Shown: positions 23,712 through 37,100 of the stretch, one piece after another | Layout of the letters: every line of letters begins with the position of its first letter | Numbering within the stretch: position 1 is the stretch's first letter | Origin: Octopus sinensis | Taxonomy: Eukaryota | Assembly: GCF_006345805.1 (NCBI RefSeq) | Contig: NC_043020.1 | Coordinates: 18,166,001 to 18,230,000, forward strand | Length of the DNA stretch: 64,000 bases | Direction of reading: 5' to 3' | Program-made: the position numbers and the translations under genes | Notes under the pieces: model-generated | Databases searched by the model: none | The model's input: the letters and a program-made list of their open reading frames with translations, nothing else | Told to the model about the DNA's origin: nothing

Positions 23712-25671
23712 AATAGACTTAGATTCAAGACGCTTTAGCCCCTGATACGCAAACATTGGAAGATTGTTATTTTACCTTTTGCAATTAATTGGGATCTAGC
23801 AAATGGTTAGAAATGATTTTTCTTTTTTATTGATAATATATAATGTATGAAATCACTAACGACCAGCTAGTGGTGGTATTCATTATATCAGCTCTACTGA
23901 TAATGACAGCGAAGAGGAATGCTGTCGCAGACTTGGCCACCTTGGTTCTGAGTTCAAACGCAACTAAGAACAAGTTTGTGTTTGTCCATACAATAGAAGT
24001 TCCCTTATTACACGGGAATCAATTTAATTAGAGCAGATTAAAACACAGCTTGTGTTTGAAGTAATGCAGCATGGTGTCAAAGGCTGGAACGAAATGAAAC
24101 AAGCATGCTCTATCTGGACATGTGATACTGCTGTGGATAAACAGAGCACATCTGGTGCAGCATGCAAGAGAAGAAGAAGGTATGATGTGTGTGGAAGGTC
24201 ATCATCATCATGACGGTTTGACTGGGATTGGCAAGCTGAGGGACTGCGCCAGACTCCAGTCTGATTTGGCATGGTTTCTATAGCTGGATGCCCTTCCTAG
24301 TGCCAACCACTCCAAGAAAGGGCATCCAGCCATAGAAACCATGCTAAATCAGACTGGAATCTGGTGCAGACCCTCAGCTTGCCAGTTCTAGTCAAACCGT
24401 CCAATCCATGCCAGCCTGGACAATGGACTTTAAATGATGATTATGATCCTCCACACACATCATGTCTTCTTTCTCTCTTACATGCTACACCAAGGATAGG
24501 AAGGGTTAAATTATCAAACTAGAAGGAACTTCTGGAGGAGGGGGGGAAACAAAGATGGCACAGGAAGAAATGGTGAGGTAAGATCACACGAAGCTAGCTG
24601 AGCCACAATCCTTTAATATTCAGTTTATTCTGTCAAATGTAATGCTTATTTATTCACATTTAAAAAAATTAATCATGCATTGTCTTGTAGCTTCAAGATT
24701 TCAATGCTGTAATTGTTTATTTTTAGAATGACATTGTAAGATAGGTACAAGAGGCCAAATGTGGCTGGTTTGAGCACAAAACAGGTTGAATATTGGGCCT
24801 GATACGGCTGGTTTAAATGCTAAAGGGGGATATTAAATGACTACAAGTGGCAAGACAATGTGCTGGAAAAGCGCCTACCCCAAACCCTGCAAATATGAAA
24901 AAAAACAAGCATCAAATGATGGTAGTGGTGGTGATGATGATAATGATGACGACGACAGTCTCTGTCCAAAAAATTTGTGGCTTTAGGCCAACAAGAAAGA
25001 AAAAGAATATTATTATTATTAAAGATTACTTTTGAATCAATAATTATTTATTTATCAGCCATTCCAATAATGAATTCTTACATTGGCACAAGGCCACACA
25101 CAATCTGGTCTTATTTGTTTATCTCAAGATCAATCTCAAGATTCATGTAGGCAGCCTACAATCAAAGGTGTTCCAACAATGACAATCCCTGCCTTTTTTT
25201 TTTTTTTTTTACAAAACAATGATCCAGTTTGTTTTGTTTTTTCAATTTTACTCACCCTCCACAAAACACTTCTCAATATGCCCTTCCCTTCTTTAACTCA
25301 TTAGCATTTAAACTGACCATATCTGGCACAAATATTTTACCTGTTTTATGTTAAAACTGGCCAGATCTGACCTCTGACACCTACCCTACAATATTATTCT
25401 AATAATAAACAATCATATCATTTAAATCTCAAAGCTACAAGATGATGCATGGTTAATTAAGAACCATGTGAATAAATAAGCATTACATTTAACAGAGTAA
25501 TCTGAATGCTAAAGGATTAAGATGGCATAGTGTCATATTAGCTATATTTAGCTGCAATTGCTAAAACCAAAATATATAAAAATTTTCATTGGCCCACCAC
25601 AAATTTGTAGAGAGTTTCAGCCAACTGATCTTGTCACCAGCATATAATAATAATGATAATAACTTGTTTAA

Positions 25672-25891
25672 CCCTTTCGTTACCAACCTGGCTAAAACCG
25701 GCTCTGGCTCTGAGTACAAATGTCTTGTTTACATAAGTTTTGAATTAAAATCTTCCACCAAACCTTTGTCACAATTTATGTTCCTAATACTAGCTGAATG
25801 ATAACTAAGTTATTTTACTAAATTCTTTGTTATATTTAAAGTAATTGAAAGAAACACAGAGCATCTCAAAATAAATACAGTAATGAAAGGG
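25672..25891 (+). mobile_element. TTAA-flanked MITE family 2 (piggyBac-like)
   Basis: TTAA|CCCTTTCGTTAC...GTAATGAAAGGG|TTAA. Near-identical to 61368-61578. Confidence 0.85.
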
Positions 25892-26417
25892 TTAATTTAT
25901 CAAACCTACGAGAAAAAGCCAAGCCAAGCACAAAAACTGGTGATATTCTCTCTTATTGTGTGAATATCAGATAATGAGGGAACACAAACAAATGGTCAGA
26001 TGCTGTCCAACCCATGACAGCATGGGGGTGGGTGGGGGGAGATGAAAAGAAAAAGACAAAAAAAAAAATGTAGAGCAATTATGACATCATTTGCTAATAT
26101 ATCACCCATAATAAAAAGAAAAGCCCCCAGGGAACACTGACACAGAAAAACGAGGTCGACAAATTATAAAAAATGGCTTTAGGATAATAGAGAAAGAGAG
26201 CGGTGAGGTGATAGGGCATTCAGAGAAATTGCAGCACTCTTGAAGTATTCCACTCCAGTCCTAGAGTAGTCCAGTCAAATGCCCTCTACTCATTATAGCC
26301 CACAGGCAAAACTAGAAGACAGAACCACCACTCAATAATGCCATTCTTTCCACTCTACTTCAGGACTTCTCTCTCTCTCTTTCTTTCCATTCTTAACTCT
26401 CCTCTTCTCTTGTGACA

Positions 26418-26481
26418 TTTCAAGAATGATGCAAGTTATGATGGTTTCTTTTCAAGAATGATGCAAGTTATGATGGTTTCT
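26418..26481. repeat. Perfect 32-bp tandem duplication
   Basis: TTTCAAGAATGATGCAAGTTATGATGGTTTCT x2. Confidence 0.92.
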
Positions 26482-26539
26482 TAGATAGAAAACCAATAAT
26501 TTCACATGAAGTACCAGTATATTACAGAACAACAGCAAC

Positions 26540-26995
26540 AACAACAACAATTGTTTCTAAATTAGGTGCAAGGCCAGCCATTTTGAAAGTAGGGGCACTT
26601 GATTACATCATCCTATAATACTTGATTGGTACTTTCTTTTAGCAACCCCGGGAGAGATGAAAGACAAAGCTGACCTCAGCAGGTTTTGAACTCAAAACAT
26701 AGAACCAGAACAAATACAAATATTTTTTCCCTCAATGCTTTAATGATTCTGCCAATCCCAATGATAATAATAATGGTTTCTAATTCAGGCACAAAGCCAG
26801 CAATTTTAAAATGCAGGAGAGAGGGATAGTCAATATCATTGCCCCCTCCCTTCTACTTTATTTTATTAATCTTGGAAGGATGAAAAGTGTAGCTGACCAA
26901 AGCAGGACTTGAACTCGAAATGTAAACAGCCAGAATAAATACCACAAGGTATTTTTCCCAATGTGCTAATAATTCTACCCAACCACTGAACCTCA
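26540..26995 (-). mobile_element. Two stacked, degraded Deu/Nin-like SINEs
   Basis: Copies at about 26560-26760 and 26785-26990, separated by (AAT/GAT)n. Confidence 0.65.
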
Positions 26996-28310
26996 ATAAT
27001 AACACTACTAAAATAATAATTTCTGGTACAGATCCTAAGCTACTAATTTTTAAGGGAGAGTTTCTTCTTTGTTGCCATTGCCATTATTTAATGTTTGTTT
27101 TCCATGTTGGTATGGGTTGGACAGTTTGACAGGAGTTGGTCAGTCAGAGAGCTGTCCAGGCTCCAAGTGTCAGGTGCTTTTATGTGGCACTAACACCTCA
27201 CACTAACACTGATCTATTCTATGCTTCCAACCACCCCCACTCTGAGCAGAAGACAAATTTAACTGTGGCAATATTTGAACTCATATTGTAATGGGATTCA
27301 CCAAAGTACAAAAGATATTTTGTCCAGTGCTTTTCCAATAATTATCTTTTAGTTGTTTCAGTCATTTGATTGCGGCCATGCTGGGGCACCAATTCGAAAT
27401 TTTAGCCAAATCTATCATCCTCAGTACTTATTTTTTAAAACCTGGTACTCACTTATGTTGAACTGCTAAGTTACGGAGACAAACACAAAGAAACACACAC
27501 ACACACACAAATATATACAATGGGCTTCCTTCAGTTTCTGTCAACCACATCCACTCATAAGGCTTTGGTCGGCCTGAGGCTTATAGTATAAGGTGACACA
27601 CAGTGGGACTGAACCTGGAACCAAGATTCTTATCACACAGCCATGCTTGTTTTTTATATATTCGTAGAAAACCATAAAATTGAAAGGAGAAAAGGAGGTT
27701 ACAGATATTAAATCAACCCCCCCCCCCCACATAGGTGTTTATTTTTATTGATCCCGGGACAAAAGACAGAATTGAGCTGGGTGTGATTTGAACTTTAGTT
27801 TAGTTCCACATAATGCTTTAAAACAGGAAAGACACATTGGATTATGTAAATATATGTGGGGGGGGTCAGAATGCTTTTAATCATCGTTCAGGAAGGTTCA
27901 GGCTGACTGGATTAAACAGCTATCTCCACAAACCTGACAGAGCAGTTGAGAATTTCAATACATAAGACAGATCTTCAAGCTGTGAGTGTCTGTCTATGTT
28001 CGTACCCCCATCACAGCTTGACAACCGGTGTTGGTGTGTTTACATCCCTGTAACTTAATGGTTCGGCAAAAGTGACCAATAAGAGTCAGTACCAAGCTTA
28101 AAAACAAAATAAGTACTGGAGTCAATTGTTTCGATAAAAAAATTGCTTGAGGTGGTGGCTCCAACATGGCCACAGTCTAATGACTGAAACAAGTAACCGA
28201 TACAAAGACAAGTAAGTATAATTGATGTAATAAAGTGAGAACAAAAAGACTTCCTTGTTAGATCATCCCTTGACAGAAGCTAAGAACCCAGATTTGGTGT
28301 AAATATCAAG

Positions 28311-28660
28311 CAGGGGTTCTCAACAATTTTTTTTATTACCTATGAACCCTTTTGATTACTATTTTATTCTGATGGACTCCCAGAGCCATGCAATGTTTAA
28401 AAACTAGTTTCATAGAAACTTCTTTCAAAATTCCTATTTTGTTTTTTACACATTAACTTTTCTAAGTTGAACTATGTAAAATGTTAGAAAGAAACTTAGC
28501 TGTTTCTTGCAATACATACCAATACATACATCTGAAGCAAAATTTTTTCAGAGGCCCTTAAAATACTATTGTGGGTCCCCAATTTAATATTTTGTTACGT
28601 GGATCTCCAGAAATCTTATATGGATCCTCAGGGGGCCATATGGACTCAAGTTGGGAACAA
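28311..28660 (+). mobile_element. hAT MITE, longer variant
   Basis: Starts CAGGGGTTCTCAAC. Internal sequence is the reverse complement of 8764-9025; right TIR degraded. Confidence 0.72.
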
Positions 28661-29427
28661 AGGAACGAGATGCAGGGCACAAGAATTGATCGATAAATAA
28701 TCATAACACCTTATTTTTCCTAGCTAAACACAACCATTAATTACATCGACAACTTGTCAAATTTGGTCTTGATTTGAAATTAGAATGTTAGGAGGACGAT
28801 ACTAAATACTTTATCTCTAAAATTGTCATCTCTCTCTCTCTCTCTCTGCGTCTCCAAGAACCACCGTTCATAATAATCGTGCACTATTTATCCGACACTG
28901 TTTCACTTCAGCTTCATTGCTTTTCAGACTGATACAAGCAGTGATCGAACACCCTTCCACTAATTTCACGTAATTAATTCACACACCTGTGTCTCTGCCG
29001 ACCAACTTATATGCCTCATTGACATTTCTTAACAAAGAGAAGATAAATAAATAAATGACTGGTTTCAATTGTTGAGCAAAATAAGATAGATAAATAAAGG
29101 ACACCAAAAGACTTGAGAGGAGAGAGGGTAAAACAAATGGAACAAAAGGTGGATTTTTTTCTATTTCCTCATAAGATGGAAATTTAGAATTGAATTAATA
29201 AAATCTCCAAAACAAGTATGAAAAAAACCCCCCAGAAAAATGACATAGAATACATGAAAGAGAGGGGGTGAGAAATAGAGAGGAAAAGATAGATAGATAG
29301 TAATGAGGGAGAGAGAACGAGAGAGACAGATCAAAAGGATGAGAGATAATAGCGCGGAAATAAACTGACATGAAAGATCATTGAAGGACTGAATGAATGA
29401 ATATGTTAATGTAACAGAAGATGATCA

Positions 29428-29459
<32 letters not shown>

Positions 29460-30269
29460 ATAGTGGCGACGGCGAGGACAGCCGAGAGAAGGAGAGAGAG
29501 CTAGAGAGAGAGAGAGAAAAGAATTTTCTCTCTTGTGTTATTCTCTCTCTTGGCTGTCGCCGAGGTGGGATGAGATGACTGAAATTATGACACTGTCATA
29601 AATGAATTATATTATCTTAATAGATATATAGCGATATATATATACGTAGAGAGAACGAGGTGGGGGTGAGGGAGGAGACGCCAAGCAATATAAGACAATA
29701 TTAATTATAAGCTTGTATAGGCTTGAATATAAATATTTAAGAATTATTGCAGATTAGCCAAGACAAATGGGTTAATTTGAGAGGGAAAAACTGACGGGGA
29801 TATTTGAATTGGAAAGGGGTGAAGGAGAGAATAGGGGAGAGAAGGAAGGAGAATTTGACAGACATTTAAAGAATGACTGAGAGATTTTGATGTGTGTTTG
29901 TGTTGAGAAACAGAGAATGGAAAGGCTCAAGATATATATATATATATATATATATATAATCATGCATATATATCTTAAGTCTTTCCATTCTGTTTTTCAA
30001 TACATATATGCAATCTGATAAAAAGTGAGAAAAATATATTTTGAATTTAGAAAGAAAAAGGGGGAATTTTTTAACGATTTAAAAGACTGGATTGGTAACT
30101 GGAAATTTTAAAAAAGGCATGGAGCAAAATGTTGAACATAAGTTAAAACGATTAAAAGGGATTGGAAAAAGAAAATTATCAGGTGACTAAAGTAAATAAC
30201 AGCAAAACAGGATTCACTCCAATACAACCGAAGTATTGCAATATTTGAATATCTGTGTATATATATATA

Positions 30270-30284
30270 TTGTCAACATTTTGA

Positions 30285-30316
<32 letters not shown>

Positions 30317-30334
30317 ACTTCAAAATGTTGACAA
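30270..30334. repeat. Perfect 19-bp inverted repeat around a (TA)13T spacer
   Basis: TTGTCAACATTTTGAAGTT (30270-30288) and AACTTCAAAATGTTGACAA (30316-30334). Confidence 0.95.
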
Positions 30335-30448
30335 AGTTATTTTTTTAAGGAAAAGACAAAGAGAATGAAAAGAAATTTTTAAAGGGAGAAATATTGAAAT
30401 AAGAACAAAGGCAGAAACGAATTCAATTATATACAACTCAAACTGGAA

Positions 30449-30480
<32 letters not shown>

Positions 30481-30976
30481 ACTAATAAAACTGCGCTACA
30501 AATTTCGAGATCAAATTTTAAAACGGAATAATGATGATGATTTCTTTAATTTGTCACAGGAGCATAGATGAGGGGAATATAAGGACAGGCTACAATTTGG
30601 ATGGGGGGTTACATTAAAGATGAGAGAAAGAATGGGAAAAGACGGGGAAATGAGATAAATAATAATAATAATAATAACAGCAAGAACAAACTAGACGCCT
30701 TTCTTCCCATCAAGAAAAGCTGAGCGGGAAAAAATTAATGAGAAAAGTCGTTTGAATGAATGAATAGCTTGGGTGACGGAATGTGTAAAAGAACAAAGAG
30801 GGAAACGACATGACCACATTCATCGTTATCATTAGTATTATTATCATTAATGACAAGAATGTAGCAAGCATGATATATCTATAAGTCTTCAAAAAGAAAA
30901 AGGAAAATGATGTTGATGCTGACGAAGACACTGGCACGCCTTGACGACGGCGACGGCCACTAAGAAATGCACTCAC

Positions 30977-31091
30977 TGAAATTTGATGGAATGTGTCCGT
31001 CGGTTTATTTTTTGCTTTCAAGTTAAAACGAGAATTTGGAGAGAAGAAAAGATTGGGCAAGTATGAAAACAATATGGAGAATTGGCAAAGT
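30977..31091 (-). other. Candidate 115-nt exon of a minus-strand transcript (probably non-coding leader)
   Basis: ttcatttgtttctgtgtAG|ACTTTG...ATTTCA|GTGAGT. One frame is open but shows no recognisable homology. Confidence 0.4.
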
Positions 31092-31283
31092 CTACACAGA
31101 AACAAATGAATAGACTGTTATTCAGTTGAACTAATGTTTAAAGAATTGGAAAATTCTTTAAACTTGTGCTCCAAAAGGAACATTTATTCGATTTCTGTTT
31201 TGTTACTTCCCTTCACCAAATAAGACATATAGACACAATTCACACATTGTGTATGTGTGTATCAGATGCAGACTGTATGTATG

Positions 31284-31333
<50 letters not shown>

Positions 31334-31335
<2 letters not shown>

Positions 31336-31798
31336 CATCTAAAAGCTATGCTAGCCAATAAAGCAGGGTGTTATGGCATAGGCGTACCTTTCGGCTGCTT
31401 AAGAAAATGAGGACGATGCACAATTTGGTGTAAGTACATACATAGATATATACATACATATATATTATATATATATATATATATATATCTATATATATAT
31501 ATACACACATATATTTATATATATGTGCACACGAGACTAATCTCCCTTACTTACATCTATCTCTAACACTACATTTATGTATGCCTATGCACACAAGGTG
31601 TGTGCCAATATATTCATTTTATATATATATATATTATATATATATATATACATACACACACACACACTCATCTAAAAGCTATGCTAGCCATAAAGCAGGG
31701 TGTTATGGCATAGGCGTACCTTTCGGCTGCTTAAGAAAATGAGGACGATGCACAATTTGGTGTAAGTACATACATAGATATATACATACATATATATG

Positions 31799-31830
<32 letters not shown>

Positions 31831-31950
31831 TATTTATATATATAGTGCACACGAGACTAATCTCCCTTACTTACATCTATCTCTAACACTACATTTATGT
31901 ATGCCTATGCACACAAGGTGTGTGCCAATATATTCATTTTATATATATAT
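31334..31950. repeat. Near-identical tandem duplication, period about 333 bp
   Basis: CTCATCTAAAAGCTATGCTAGCC... starts at 31334 and again at 31667. The copies differ mainly in TA-tract length and about two indels. Confidence 0.9.
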
Positions 31951-32099
31951 ATTTATATATATATATATATACACACATAGTGTATATTATATGTGTGTAG
32001 GTATATACATAGTCATACATTATGACAGGAAAGAGAGTAGAAACGAGACGTCAGTATTTTTAACTAAGTAACTAACCAAAAGAGACAAAAATAAATAAA

Positions 32100-33475
32100 T
32101 AACATGTTATTTAGAACTGAAACATGATCGACTCAACGCGCGAAGTTCTCTGACAAGCTGTCCAAGACAAACAACACACAGAAGTAGTGCGGCGAGGTCA
32201 TCGCAGTGTGTGCGTATATGCAAGATAAAGCTTGTATGAATATATAGCATGCATGCAAGTGCGTGTGTGGTGTGTGTGGAAGAGATCGAAAGCTTGTGTG
32301 CGTGCGTGCGCGCGTGTTAGAGTGAGTGAGTGAGTGAGTGTTTGTATGTGAATGAGTAGCCATCGCCGGAGAAAGCAATCTGTAAAAGCTTAACGACAAT
32401 GCCAAGGTAGTAATAGTAGTAACAGTGGTGGTGGTGGTGGTGGCTGGAAGTAGTAGTAGTAGCAGCAGCAGCAAGTGAAGTGGAAGTAGGTAGTCATAAC
32501 GGCGGCGGCGGCAGCGGTGGTGGTGGCTCTAAGAAGAAAGCCAAAACTACACACTTATTGACATATAGAACTACTAAAGCAACGAGAGAGGGAGAAGTGT
32601 TAAGAGGAAGAACGATAGAGAAACGGAGAATGAGAGAGAAGGCAAAGTAAGAAGAGAGAGAAAGATGTGGAAACATATCAGAAATGTAGTTAATAGTGGT
32701 GTGACGATGGTGGTAGTTTTTCACAAGCAGAAAGTTAGCTTGTGAAGAACTCACTGTCACGCCGGTTCCATGGATACATAGAGTGAACCAACACAACTAG
32801 CAGACAGACAGTCGGCCTGTCCTCTCTCCCACACTCAAATCATGACACTTGCTTAAATACACACAGCATTGCTACATACGAGCACATTAGTAGAGAAAGA
32901 ATATATTATATATATACACACACATTTATATATATATATATATGTTTGTGTGTGTGTGTGTATACTGCAAGCTTATAGCTCTGAATAATGGCAGAAATTT
33001 GAGAAAGTTGTGCATGGATGGAGATTTCAGAGGAAGGAGAGGACAAAAATATTTCTAGTAGTAGTAGTAATAGTTGTTGTGTACATTGTAATGGTGGTGG
33101 TGGCTGTTGGATGTTGATGCCAGGTCTCAACTGTGTCACACACATTCAGACTCGCGCGCGCACTCACATGGCAACAGTGAGTTTTAAAATCACACCGAAC
33201 ATTAAATACACAAGACACACACACACACTCAGTACGGCAATGGTGAATTTTTAAATACGTAGAGCACTTGTATAGACAAGGCTTTCATTCATTACTCACA
33301 AATAAATCTTTCACATATTACTACTCTCTTACTCACACATGGTGACTGAATTAAAAACTCACTTAGGCAAAGAGCGTACACGCGCGCACACACATATGGC
33401 AACAATATTTTAAACCTTACTAACAATCAGATATTACACTTTATCACATAGAACTTATACATTCTCTGCTTCTGC

Positions 33476-33511
<36 letters not shown>

Positions 33512-34100
33512 GCAACAGTGAATTAAAAACCCTACTGAACACTGAAAGCCAAAGAAGGAGAAACACAGGCAAACGACTTTACAATAATGATTAGATATAA
33601 AAAAAAAGTTACCCAAAGAGAAAAAAAAAACGTGTAGAGAGAATTTAGCACAGTTAATTACTGACCTGCGCAAGCAGCGAATTCCACAAAGTGTCGAGCT
33701 AAAATCTAAACTAAAACTAACCAATAACACTACAAACACACACCACACTACAAGCACCAAGTAAAAACTAGAAATTAGGTCAAACAAGGTTTCTCTCTCT
33801 TTCTCCCTCTCTGATCTCTACTGCTGGAAAAAATGTGTGTGTGCGCGCACATTCTTGGTCACACATACATATACACACATTCACACACGTGTACGGTCAG
33901 TTTCTGTTACTCGCCCTCACCCGCCGTTTCAAGCACAAGAACCACCCCACAAGTAAGAGCTTCAATGCAACGGTACACCACGAGCCGTTTCTATTATTCT
34001 CTCTCTCTCTCTCTCACTCTGTGTCAATCCCGTTCAAAAACCGTCACGAAAATGAAAAAAAAAATCAAATAACGAAAACAAACAAAAATCCCAGTTAATT
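32100..34100 (-). promoter_or_regulatory. CpG-richer, TE-free region with GA/CA/GGC repeats; candidate promoter / first-exon region
   Basis: Visibly more CG dinucleotides than the surroundings and no SINE/MITE copies. Minus-strand donors CAG|GTCAGT (33666) and ACA|GTGAGT (32755). Confidence 0.4.
32755..32796 (-). other. Candidate 42-nt exon
   Basis: ctgtctgtctgctAG|TTGTGTTGG...CGTGACA|GTGAGT. The acceptor is only moderate. Confidence 0.3.
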
Positions 34101-37100
34101 TCATAATGATTTCGAACTTTGGCATAAGGAAAACAGATTTGTAAGGATGAGATGTAATAAATACTTAACCGGTACTGATTTGAACCCGTTGTACCTTTCC
34201 TTAAAGAATCACAAATTAACCCCGGGTGAGTTTGAACTCAGAGAACATATAGGAGACGTAGTTGGTCCGGCGCTCTGACACTTCTCTTACTAGAATTGCC
34301 TGTTTTTCCATTCGACTGGCACCAATATTATCATTTCCTTGTTATTTGCATTAGGGACTAAAACTACAACCACACACTACAATAAAACAAAATGCGAAAT
34401 GAAGATACTAAACAATTTTAAATATTTATATTCCAGCGATGCCTCAAACCTGTTCAAACAGTTTCACAATGACAATTTCTAACATAGGCACAAGACCATA
34501 AATTAAGGGGTTGTTGATTAATCGACTCTGGAAAGATGGAAAGCAAACATGACCTCGCTAGGATTCGAACTTACGAAAATCAGCCAGAACAAGTACTGCT
34601 GCAAAACATTTTGCCCGACGCTCTATTGACAGCCAATCCATTTCGCTTACATTGATAATGTAAACATTGGCACCACCCATAAACTGACGGCAAGTCCAAC
34701 AGAATTCTTCAACTAGGATCGCATAATGACCATAGATGCCATATTTTCTTCCTCGTATATATATCCATTGTCATCGTCGTCGTTTCACGTCCCAATCTTC
34801 CCAGGGTGGCAAGAGTTGGACGGCTCGAACATGAGCCGAAAAGCAAGAGGACAGCAGCGAAACCAAAGGTCTGCTTTGGCATAGTTTCTAATAGCCTAAT
34901 GTCCTTCCTAACGTCAACCACCTTACAGAGTGTATATACGTTCTTCTGAAATTTGGGGGAAGAGGGATAGTCGATTGCATCGATCCCAGTGCTTGACTCT
35001 GAAAGGATGAAAGGCGAAGTTGACCACGGCAGAATTTGAACTCGGAATAAAAGACGGACGAAATGCAACTAAGCATATTGCCCGGTGTGCTAACGAGTCT
35101 GCCGGTTCTCCGCTTTGTTTGTGATGTAGGATATTGAAAACGTATTGTTACTAATAAAGGTTATGAGTTCCAACTTCGTCAAAGACGTATTTGTGTGTGC
35201 GTATATTTACACAACCACACATACACGTGTTGACAGAAAAACTGAAGCGTTTCCGCAATGAATTAGGTCAAAGTGTCAAGCAATTACTAATACACTACAC
35301 ACATACACACACGAAGTTTCATTCCAAACCACATGGTTCCGGGTGCAGTCCCGTTGCGTGTCACTTTGGGCAAGTGTCTTCCACAATAAACCCGGTATTG
35401 TGTGCAGATTTGGGAGACAGGAACTGAAAGAAGCCGGTTGTGTGTGCACGCGTGTAAGTGTATAATGTTTGTCTCGCCGTCACACCACGTGATGTAAATA
35501 ATTGTCAGTCATACAAGCAATGTCATAACATTACTTTGCTTTGGTTGGCGACAGGAATGGCATCTGGCCATAAAAAAAGCCTCCCTCAATAAAACTGCCT
35601 AACCCATGCAAGCATGCAAAAATGGATATTGAAATTATATATATACAGGGAGAGAGAGGAGGTTAGTTCCTCTCTGAAGACTGAATGATACTTATAATAA
35701 AGACAGAAACATTAAAAGAGGTTAAAATGAGATGGTAATAAATTTTATGTAGCTATTTATGAATTTCTCTGACAACAGGACCTTCAGCAAGTGTCTACCA
35801 AAGCTTGTCGCTGAAATGGACAGATGGGAACAGTGTGGGAATCCAATGGATAGATTGTATCTAGTTTTGGAGTAATACAGATCACTCTGTTGCCAAGTTA
35901 AACACCACCATATGTGCATGGGGAATCTTCCACAGAGTTTAGTTCATTGCATGTAATCAGACCAGATCTCCAGTATAGCAATTTACACCTTTGATTTGTG
36001 ATTTCCTACTTCCTTTCCTTCTAACAATCTCGCAAGTCCCACCTCTCTCTCTCTCTCTTGAATAATGCCCACAATAACCAAGGTTCCCTTTTTAGTCCAA
36101 CCCCACAGATTATTGTGTTAGATTGGACTTTCTTCATCCATAGCCTTCACTTGTAATTGAAAATAAATTGGTAACATGCACTGTGCTTTTCACTAATCGC
36201 ATAGCATAGAGGATGTGGAGGGAGAAAGGTTGATGGTTTTATGTTCAGTTGAGTAGACTGGAGCAACATGAAATAAAATGCCCTACTCAAAGACACAACT
36301 AAAGGCACCCTAGTTGCTAGGTGATCATATTAAAACAGGTAACAGATTAAGTCTACCACCCATGCTTGTGTGAGTGTATATAAACATCACCAAAACAGGT
36401 GGCTCACAAATGGAGTACCTTGAGATATTTGTTCTAAACCCAGTTACAGACACTCCCCTTGTCACTTTAGCTATCAGAAATGATGGGACTGGCTATTTAG
36501 AAAAGCCTGCAACCAACAGTGCCATAGTTCACAAACAATATAAAAATCTTTTAAAAAAATAAAAACAATGCAATATGAATGCATTGTGGGGTGGAGCTCT
36601 GAAACTATTTTAGCCCTTCGTCTTGCATCAAGCCCCACCCCATGCCACCTCTGGTTTTGTGCCAGTGGCATGAAAAAAAAAGCATACAGTGTAAAGTGGT
36701 TGGCATTAGGAAGGACATGCAATCATAGAAATCACACAAAAGTAGACAGTGAAGCATGATTGCATCCAGTCAAACCATTTAAGTGATGCCAGCATGGAAT
36801 ACGGATGTTGACCCTTTAGCATTCAGATTACTCTGTCAAATTTAATGCTTATGTATTCACAGCATTTTAAATCAACCGAGCATTATTTCATAGCTTTGAG
36901 ATTTCGATGGTGTGATTGTTTATTTGTAAAATAACAATGTAGGGCAGGTTTGAAAGGCCAGAACTGGGCAGTTTAAGCATAAAACAGATTGAATGTTAAG
37001 GTCCAGGTATGGCTGGGTTAAATGCTAAATGGTCAAATGATGATGATAACAAGGTGTGTATATGAGAGGGAGTGACATAAAGAGAAAGTGGAATTAGTAA

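Noticed and set aside
29393-29578. Acidic/Gly-rich ORF (EDDHDDDDDDGGGG..RERE)
   Set aside because: Translation of GAT/GGT/GA simple repeats.
29585-29601. TTATGACA-C-TGTCATAA palindrome (also AGTCTGCAGACT near 42956 and the 11-bp arms at 10489-10516)
   Set aside because: Arms of 6-11 bp are expected by chance in 64 kb of AT-rich DNA.
30710-31105. 131-aa minus-strand ORF as a gene
   Set aside because: Non-ATG start and low-complexity composition; only the splice-bounded 115-nt part is kept as a candidate exon.
32175-32205. AAGTAGTGCGGCGAGG, loosely resembling miR-252
   Set aside because: Too many mismatches and no precursor hairpin.
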